Shown piece by piece: positions 54,494 through 64,000 of a DNA stretch of 64,000 nucleotides; the first letter of the stretch is position 1, and every line of letters begins with the position of its first letter. The DNA lies in NCBI GenBank assembly GCA_951406725.2, contig OX597829.1, forward strand, positions 23,002,001 to 23,066,000, given 5' to 3'. Source of the DNA: Octopus vulgaris. Lineage: Eukaryota. Below the pieces are notes generated by a model. That model searched no databases. It was not told the origin of the DNA and saw only the letters and a list, made by a program, of their open reading frames with translations. The translations under genes and the position numbers were made by a program.

Positions 54494-54720
54494 CGGAATC
54501 ATTAAAATAATTATCTGAAATGTATTTAGTTTCGATCAATCGAATATTCATCGCTTCTTGTCAATGTATTGGAATTTTTACAAACGCAAATACTTACACA
54601 TTCTCTCTCAGCCTTTTATTTGTTTCAGTCATATGACTGCAGCCATTTTGAAGCTCCACCGTGTAAGACTTGTTGAATAGATCGACGCCAATACTTATTT
54701 TCAGCTTAGTACTTATCTAT

Positions 54721-54900
54721 AGGGGACCAAAGGAAAGTGATTGCGTCACTCATAGCCTCTCCTCTCCAGGTGTAATGATCGCTGCAGAACCTCTACTTGG
54801 CTGCGCCTTGTGGAAAGTTCTTGCTAATGGCCTCTCCTGCACTACTGTGTCCACAGCAGCACCTTCACGCGGTACCCCCTGTTCTCACTGAGCCTGCTGT
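54721..54900 (+). ncRNA. HDV/CPEB3-like ribozyme candidate
   Basis: P2 ACAGCAGC / G(c)CUGCUGU; P3 ACC / GGU; L3 UUCACGC; P1' ACCCCCU followed by GU; J4/2 CUGA. The P1 5' strand is the G-run at the insertion's 5' junction. Confidence 0.65.
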
Positions 54901-55281
54901 GTGGCGCGACCGGGTGCTTGGCGGTATAACCAGGTGGGCAGACCGGGCTCGTTAGCCTTGGTTGGCAGCCAGTCTAGGAGAAGGAAAACTCTGACTCCAA
55001 ACCCTCGCTCCGCTGCCTTGCGGATGCTCTTGGGAGAGGGAAAGGCTATGGGAGTAAACCCAGACAGAAAATCCGGAGTGGAGCCCCGAAGGCGGTAGGG
55101 TGTCGAATCTCGACCCCTTTCCGGCAACTCCTGCAGCCAACCAGACTCCAAACGTACTGCACTGCATTCCTTTGGATTATGTCTGGGGGGGCCGAGAGGG
55201 AGATTCTGGTGTCTGGGGAGCCCAGTGTCTTCGTTTCTACCGCCCAGGCTTGCGCCATGGAGAAACTACTCCATCGATGGA
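54723..55281 (+). mobile_element. 559-bp non-coding RTE-related insertion inside an old SINE B
   Basis: 12-bp TSD ACTTATCTATAG at 54711-54722 and 55282-55293. Contains GCAGCCAGTCTAGGAGAAGGAAAACTCTGA, a motif I recognise from RTE 5'UTRs. Confidence 0.8.
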
Positions 55282-55667
55282 ACTTATCTATAGTACTTAT
55301 TTTTCCCGAACCGCTGAGTTACGAGTACATAAACAAACCAACATACACACCCACGCACACACATACACACCCATATGTGTGGATTTTACACTGTTTCCGT
55401 CTACCATATTTACTCAAAGTGTTTTGCAGGAACGTCTTAACTGCATAGACATGCCTAGTATAATGATATTCTTGGATAACGAAACAGAGGCGCTTTTCTG
55501 TTTTGTTTTGTTTTTCAAGAAACCATATGATACGTCCTTGGTTTTAAGAATACAAACATTTCTGTTAAAAGATTTCAGTAAATTTACCGATAAATTCTAA
55601 CAAAGAATAATTATTATAATTATAATTATTATTATTATCATTATTATTATTTTTATTATTTTTTTTT

Positions 55668-55920
55668 TTTCTTCTTCTTTCAAATTTGCTTCCATTTCTT
55701 GCCGAGCGTCTTCCCGACTCCTAGGGCAAAGAAACTCATAGTATACATTGGTAGGCCATTAAACCAAACTCAATAGTTCGTTCATTTTTTTATATATTTT
55801 TTTAAAGGTTAAATTAAAATACATGGGCAGTAACAGCTCTCACAGCGACAATGCTCTTCTCAATACGTGTGATGTACCAGTTCAGACAATCTTTTGCACT
55901 TCTTGCAGGGATGGTAAGCC

Positions 55921-55921
<1 letters not shown>
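55668..55921 (-). mobile_element. R4/Dong 3' terminus
   Basis: GLPSLQEVQKIVLTGTSHVLRRALSL* parallels the Dong C-terminus, followed by a 3'UTR and (AAT)n. Confidence 0.8.
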
Positions 55922-55992
<71 letters not shown>

Positions 55993-56008
55993 CATCATTA
56001 TTATTATT

Positions 56009-56562
56009 GAGTGAGAGAGCAGTGCATGCCATGAAAGTGACACTGGGGTAAAATATACAAAGCCCAGTATACCCATCATGACTTACCCGTCTGATAAGAG
56101 TACACCAGGCACATGCATCACAACCATATTTACGAGACATGGTGATCTCATATCAAGATAACCAACGCATGACCTTGCAGGCGGGGCCCAGTTAGAATTT
56201 TCTTCAAGTTGACTAGCCCATCCCGATCAAACTGTTCTTAAATAAGGGTTGTTTAAGGATGTTGAAAGAACCACCCATGTTTCCAGAGGTGAATTATTCA
56301 AACCCCAAAGAATCCCTCTCAACACATGGCTATGATGCTCCCCCACTACTTCTGATCGTGATCAGAGATGCACATATCGTCAGCCACTAAGGGACATGCT
56401 CAACTGGTTAAGGTCAAACAACTGACAAGCACATCTGTAGTATTGAGCAGAATATTTGCTGTAGCCCATCTTTTATACCAAGACAAAACAATGTACATGA
56501 TAACACTTCCAATCAGTTAAGATCAGAAGACATGAGAGCCACTGCCTGGTACTGCATCAGGG

Positions 56563-56563
<1 letters not shown>
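56009..56563 (-). mobile_element. ~555-bp (AAT)n-associated element, copy 3
   Basis: Reverse complement of 427-983; (AAT)n on both sides on its own strand. Confidence 0.88.
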
Positions 56564-56627
<64 letters not shown>

Positions 56628-56628
<1 letters not shown>

Positions 56629-56777
56629 TTTTTTCTTCTTTCAAATTTGCTTCCATTTCTTGCCGAGTGTCTTCCCGACTCCTAGGGCAAAGAAACTCAT
56701 AGTATACTTTGGTAGGCCATTAAACCAAACTCAGTAGTTCGTTCATTTTTTTTTTTAAAGTTAAATTAAAATACATT
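56628..56777 (-). mobile_element. Second copy of the same Dong 3'UTR
   Basis: Near-identical to 55668-55824. Confidence 0.8.
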
Positions 56778-56794
56778 ATTTATTTATTATTATT

Positions 56795-56868
<74 letters not shown>

Positions 56869-57344
56869 CATTTTTTTTCGCCATTCGAAAATTCTCAGGC
56901 AATACTCAGTTGAAATATACCGATCATGTCGGAATGAACTGTATGCTCAGAAAAGGGATTGTTAAACACTTGACGTAGTGTCACAGCAATCAATAATTTT
57001 GTTTCTTAGTGGAAAAATTCCTTTGCGGGAAAAGCTGAATAATCATAGAAATACAACATTCGGTTGATTGACAAAAATAGATAACATTAAAAGTTACACA
57101 TTTACAGCTTCGTTCTGTTCAATAAACTCAAATAAACTCGTATTCAGATGTTCGACTTTTGAACAGTTTGTTTTTGTTGTTGTTTTTTTTTTTAATCATA
57201 TTTTATGGGAAAGAAGCATTAAAAATCAGGTAAACTACGAATAAAAATGATAAATTTGTCGAAAATCTTACTTGAAACTTCTCTTTTTTTTTTTACTGAT
57301 ACTTTTATCATTAAAGACGGGGAAAATGAAACAATAAAATAAAG

Positions 57345-57350
57345 GTGTGC

Positions 57351-57439
<89 letters not shown>

Positions 57440-57636
57440 TTCATTTGTGTGTATATGTATATATATTATATACACATTTATTATCAATTACAAATATATA
57501 TGTATGTATATATATATGTATATATACATGTACACAAATTTATACGTATATGCTTATATATATATACAGATACACACACACACACGTATATATATATATA
57601 CAGATATATGTATATATATGTATGTATATATGTATG

Positions 57637-57734
<98 letters not shown>

Positions 57735-57890
57735 TATACAGATGTATATATATACACAGATATATATATACAGATATACGTGTATATGTATATATGTATA
57801 TATATATATATGCATGTATGTATGTATGCATGTATGGTTCTATGTATGTATATATATATATATATACGTGCGACTGCGTGTGTAATGTAT
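57345..57890. repeat. (TA)n/(TG)n compound microsatellite
   Basis: Directly visible. Confidence 0.95.
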
Positions 57891-58154
57891 GCATGTTGTT
57901 TGGCTTCTCAGAGATATGCCCTGACGTCGATATTAAAATATCGGACCAAATCTTGTCAATGTTTCCTCTGAATTAAGGAAGCCATTTTGGTGTTAGCTGT
58001 AAAATGTTAGTTATCAAAACGAAACGTATCTATCACTTTTCTTTCTTTTCTTATGCTTTTTTTTTTTGTCGGAAGACAAATATTATTAATAAATGGAATT
58101 TGTAAAGTTTACAGAGGCAAAACGTATCAAAAATATTTTCAGTACTCTCCATGG

Positions 58155-58236
<82 letters not shown>

Positions 58237-58237
<1 letters not shown>

Positions 58238-58546
58238 CTTCAAAATACAATGACCTGGAAATAGAAGTAACTCGAATGTGGAATCTAAAAACAGAAACAA
58301 TTCCTATCATAGTAGGCGCATTAGGTATGATAAAAAATATTCAGACAAATACATAACAAAAACACCAGGACTTACAAATATATACAACATACAGAAAATT
58401 GGACTACTAGGCACTGCATACATCCTACACAAAACACTTTCAATACAGTAACCATCAGAGCATCACAGCAAACCACAGCACATATTCAAGGCACACAGAG
58501 CTGCGCTCGGTAGTGAAGTGAAAGCACGATATAAAAATAAAACTAT

Positions 58547-58548
<2 letters not shown>
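58237..58548 (+). mobile_element. R4/Dong 3' fragment in (AAT)n
   Basis: SKYNDLEIEVTRMWNLKTETIPIIVGALGMI; AAT arrays on both sides. Confidence 0.88.
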
Positions 58549-58606
<58 letters not shown>

Positions 58607-58709
58607 TGTATAACTGTAACTTACTGACTGCGGGGATAATGGAGCAAAACATGGATGAGAAAAGGAAAGACCGTGCTGATATCGAAAAACAATGAAAAGG
58701 GAGGTACAG

Positions 58710-59905
58710 TCAATTGTTATAGACCTAATATGTGCTGACTGTTACTCTGGAAATTATTAATTAACCTCAAAGCAGATGAAGTGCATAGCTATGTGGAGAA
58801 GGAGAATTTATTGCCAGGGGAGCAAAAAGAATGCATAAAGAAGTCAAGGGAAAATGCTGATCTGATGCATAATGATAGTAGGACACTAAATGTGATACGA
58901 ATAAGAAGCAAAAAAATATAGCTATTGGACAGATAGACTTCAAGAAATTTATGACGATGTTCTACACTGCTGGCTCATGGAATGTCTGGGGACACTCAAA
59001 GTCAATGAGAAGATAAACTGTGTTTTTTTTTTTAGAAATAAGAAACAATTAGAGCAATGGAAGTAAAACAAATGTGAATCATTAGGAAATGTGAAAATAC
59101 AAAGGGGGATACTCCAGGGAGACTCACTCTCTCCTTTACTTTTCATCATTGCATTAATCCCTTTGATAAAGATATTGAGAAAATACCGGCCTTCCCTATG
59201 AATTTGTCCAAACTAGGGTGAAAATTAATCACCTACGATATATGGATGACCTCAAACTGTATACAAAAAAAAAAAAAAGGAAAAGGCCTGTATTCTCTAT
59301 TATAAATAGTAAAATTATTTAGCAAGGATATTGGGATGCAGTTTGAAGTAAATAAGCGTACAGATTTAACTATGGAGAAACATCGAAGGGTTACATTTGA
59401 CAGAATAAAATTACAAGGCGGTGAACTGGAAGAAACGTTAGCACGCCGGGCGAAATGCTTAGCAGTATCTCGTCTGCCGCTGCATTCTGAGTTCAAATTC
59501 CGCCGAGGTTGACTTTGCCTTTCATCCTTTCGGGGTTTATGAAAATAAGTACCAGTTACGCACTGAGGTCGATGTAATCGACTTAATCCGTTTGTCTCTA
59601 CATGTTTGTCCTCTCTGTGTTTAGCCCCTTGTGGGTAGTAAAGAAATAGGTATTTCGTCTGCCGTTACGTTCTGAGTTCAAATTCCGCCGAGGTCGACTT
59701 TGCCTTTCATCCTTTCGGGGTCGATAAATTAAGTACCAGTTACGCACTGGGGTCGATGTAATCGACTTAATCCGTTTGTCTGTCCTTGTTTGTCCCCTCT
59801 GTGTTTAGCCCCTTGTGGGCAATAAAGAAATAAGCATAAAATTACAAGATGATATCGTTAGGTCGGTGAGAAATAATGAGGGATACAAGTACAGGTACGA
59901 TTAGG
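58710..59905 (+). mobile_element. Old R4/Dong RT fragment interrupted by a SINE dimer
   Basis: [28 protein letters not shown] and YMDDLKLY motifs. Confidence 0.8.
59417..59835 (+). mobile_element. Dimeric SINE family A with a single 13-bp TSD
   Basis: ATAAAATTACAAG on both sides of the dimer. Confidence 0.9.
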
Positions 59906-60077
59906 TAATGAAAAAAGAAATTGTCTCCAAAGAGAAGGGTTAGGAGAGATTCGAAACAAAACTATCTCTGCGAATACGAAATACGATCTACAATTGGACA
60001 TCTTAAAGAGGGTCCTTTCTTGCACTGGAAATAAGAAAAAAAAAATGCAGATTATGTCCCACAGAGGCCATTCATAT

Positions 60078-60374
60078 GTTAGTAAGTAATAATAAGTAAG
60101 TAAAATCTTTCGCTGGTGACTGGAGGTAGAGGCTGTCCTCTTAACCAATACGCCGTTTCGGTGGCGCTGGATGACGGACTCTGGTGATGATGTTATTCCA
60201 CTCTTTCCGATCCATAGCACTGACCTTAGCATGCTTGAGGTCTAGGCGCTGCGACTTCAAGTCTTCCTCAATTTGTTTTGCCCTTGTCTTCTTTGTTGCA
60301 TAGTGCTGGGATCCTCCAGTGCGAGGATCGCTGCCGCCACAAAAGTTGGTGTGGTAGTCTTCTGGTGCTCATTC
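60078..60374 (-). mobile_element. RTE-clade LINE 3' end
   Basis: RMSTRRLPHQLL..QIEEDLK..AMDRKEWNNII, followed by a (TTAC)n-like tail. Confidence 0.7.
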
Positions 60375-60970
60375 TGCTCGACTAAAGGCGGTGCTCCAGC
60401 ATGGCTACAGTCAAATGACTGAAACAAGTAAAAGAGTAAAAGAGAGTAAAATATATATATATGTGTGTGTGTTTATGTGTGTGTGTGTGTGTGTACTCGT
60501 AAATGTTTAAACAAGCACACAGTGTGCTCAATTCAATTTGATGACCACGTATCTTTCTCGTATAAATTAATTTGCAATTTTTTTTTTGCACTTTTACAAC
60601 AACAACAACAATAATAATAACAACAATAATAAGTGAAACTCAGTGTGATAGCTTCGTTACCATTTTTAGCATTTTCACATGAACATTGTTGCAAGTACTG
60701 ATGTCAGGAGAATTATCTTGTAAAAGAGATTCTTATTAACAAGAATCTGGGGGAAAAAAGCCTTTGTAACTCTCCTCGACAAAATGCTGCCTAACTATTA
60801 CTTAGTTGCATAACCATTTACCATGTCGCTAGATTACAAAGCAGTCATCATGAGAGGCGTGGTCTTTAACCAATTTAACGTAAAATATGTTCCACATTTC
60901 TGGCAAACATTATGTTCTACGAATATAGTTTTATCAATCTTCTCACTTCGTCACCTCGCTTTATTACGCG

Positions 60971-61890
60971 CATACATACATACGTACGTACGTGCATACA
61001 TGCATGCATACATACATACATACATACATACATACATACATACATACATACATACATACACACACACATACATACATACATACATACATACATACATACA
61101 TACATACATACATACATACATACATACGTACGTACATACATACATACATACATACATACACACATACATACATACATACATACATACATACATACATACA
61201 TACATACATACATACATACATACATACATACATACATACATACATACATACATACATACATACATACGTACGTACATACATACATACATACATACACACA
61301 TACATACATACATACATACATACATACATACATACATACATACATACATACATACACACATACATACATACATACATACATACATACATACATACATACA
61401 TACATACATACATACATACATACATACATACATACATACATACATACATACATACATACATACATACATACATACATACATACATACATACATACATACA
61501 TACGTACCTACATACATACATACACACATACATACATATATACATACATACATACGTACATACATACATACATACATACATACACACATACATACATACA
61601 TACATACGTACATACATACATACATACACACACACATACATACATACATACATACATACATACATACATACATACATACACACATACATACATACATACA
61701 TACATACATACATACGTACGTACATACATACATACATACATACATACATACATACACACATACATACATACATACATACATACATACATACATACATACA
61801 TACATACATACATACATACATACATACATACATACATACATACATACAAGCATTTATACCTACATACGTACATACATACATGCATGCATG
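60971..61890. repeat. (CATA)n microsatellite
   Basis: Directly visible. Confidence 0.98.
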
Positions 61891-62050
61891 TAATTTATAT
61901 ACATACATATGTAATGCATACACACATATACACAAGAATATAAATATAAAACGTAAATAATACATAAATGCATATTTACAAAATTAAACGTACATAAATA
62001 TATTCATACATATATGCATACATATATGCATACATATATATGTATACATG

Positions 62051-62090
<40 letters not shown>

Positions 62091-62339
62091 CTTATGTATG
62101 TATATTTCAATACATACATAGATATATATACATATATACATACACATACATACATTTGTATATTTATTCATATATATACATTCGTACATACAGACAGACA
62201 TACATACATACATATACACACATACACATATATATATATATACATATACATGCATACATATACACACATACATGTATACATACATATACATGCATACATA
62301 CTGCATTCATACATACATACACATAGACATATATATATA

Positions 62340-62381
<42 letters not shown>

Positions 62382-62536
62382 CATATACATGCACATACAC
62401 ACACACACAATATATACATATATATATATATATATATACATACACATATATAAACATATACACATACATATACATATACATAAACACATACACATACATA
62501 TGCACATATATGTGTGTGTGTGTATATATCTGTAGG

Positions 62537-62569
<33 letters not shown>

Positions 62570-62587
62570 ATGTGCATGCATATATGT

Positions 62588-62656
<69 letters not shown>

Positions 62657-62659
<3 letters not shown>

Positions 62660-62832
62660 AGAGTTTACGAAACAAACAAAAGACGAAGACAGGTGGTGTA
62701 CAAAACAAACAGATGTATTAGTATAACGCTCAGGAATAAAGAAAAAAGTATTTAACGTTCGAGCCTACGCTCTTCTAAAGAAAGGGACAGAGAAAAAAAT
62801 GTGTGTAGTGGCTAACGATTTATCATGGCGGT
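62657..62832 (-). mobile_element. (TA)n-adjacent Penelope-like fragment with a decayed hammerhead
   Basis: AGAA-GAGC(gtag)GCTC-GAACGTTAAA..TCCTGAGCGT parallels 19332-19390. Confidence 0.55.
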
Positions 62833-63628
62833 GCATGTGTATATGTATATGTATGTAAATGTATAAATATGTATGTATGTAAATATATATGAATGTATGT
62901 ATGTATGTATGTATGTATGTATGTATGTATGTATGTATGTATGTATATATATGTATACATACATACATACATACATACATACATACATACATACATACAT
63001 AAAGGTATGTCCTATCTTACGTTGTCTTTATTTAATCCTGAAAATATTTATGTAAAGTACGCACGCATTAAATATTTACATACATACATGCATACATACA
63101 TACATGCATGCATACATACATACATACATACATACATACACACACACATACATACATACATACTTACATACACATACATACGCATGTACACATACATATA
63201 TACACATACACATATACATGCATACATACATGCACATACACACATATACATACATGCATACATATACATATAAACAGGAAACTGCAACTCAAAACATGTC
63301 CTGTATGTACGTGTTTTTTATAAATAAGCGGGAGAAGTTAGAAGGTAACTCATGCACTAGGAGTTTCGTTCTTTGACACCTGTGTATGTATGTATCTATG
63401 TGTGTATGCGTGTGTGTATGCATGTATATATATATGTATGTATGCATGTGTGTATGTATGTGTATATGTGCGTATATATACGTATGTGTATGTCTGTGAG
63501 TGTATGTGTGTGAGGGAGTGTGTTTACATATCTATTTATGCATATATATGTATTCATAAATGCGTATATTTAAATATATATGTATATTTATATATATATG
63601 TGTGTATATATCTATCTATCCACCTATC

Positions 63629-63681
<53 letters not shown>

Positions 63682-63685
<4 letters not shown>

Positions 63686-63903
63686 CTTTACTGCCCACAA
63701 GGGGCTAAACACAGAGGTTACAAAGAAGGACAGACAAAGGGATTAAGTCGATTACATCGACCCCAGTGCGTAACTGGTACTTTAGTTATCGACCCCGAAA
63801 GGATGAAAGGCAAAGTCGACCTCGGCGGAATTTGAACTCAGAACGTAACGGCGGACGAAATACGGCTACGCATTTCGCCCGGCGTGCTAACGTTTCTGCC
63901 AGG
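63682..63903 (-). mobile_element. SINE family A between (TA)n tracts
   Basis: Homology to the family. Confidence 0.9.
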
Positions 63904-63905
63904 TC

Positions 63906-64000
<95 letters not shown>

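Noticed and set aside
54736-54832. Second HDV-like fold (..GTTCTTG-CTAA-TGGC) within the J1/2 of the main candidate
   Set aside because: P2, P3 and L3 cannot be assigned without several mismatches.

Overview
Repeat-saturated, AT-rich animal genomic DNA. The SINE families and microsatellite load suggest an octopus; this is an inference, not a database hit. No intact host protein-coding gene is supportable, and nearly all listed ORFs are microsatellite artefacts or transposon remnants. Contents: (1) many R4/Dong-type non-LTR retrotransposon pieces from several subfamilies, mostly in (AAT)n tracts; (2) Tx1/L1-clade pieces, whose 3' ends sit in (GATA)n; (3) RTE and CR1/L2 3' fragments; (4) a decayed full-length Tigger/pogo transposon with a nested Helitron-type element; (5) hAT MITEs; (6) three tRNA-derived SINE families. 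The most notable signal is a set of short non-coding mobile elements carrying self-cleaving ribozyme folds. One is a 559-bp RTE-related insertion with a 12-bp TSD and a CPEB3-like, P4-less HDV ribozyme. Another is a ~320-bp insertion between 43-bp direct repeats, holding a minimal hammerhead with a U3-A8 compensatory core on a long rod-like stem. Four more Penelope-style hammerhead motifs occur, three of them degenerate. Also notable: a ~555-bp ORF-less element tied to (AAT)n tracts, a split tandem repeat suggesting a Dong insertion created its flanking microsatellites, a SINE/Tx1 shared 3' tail, and a pri-miRNA-like hairpin built from a local repeat. All folds were read by eye and are untested.
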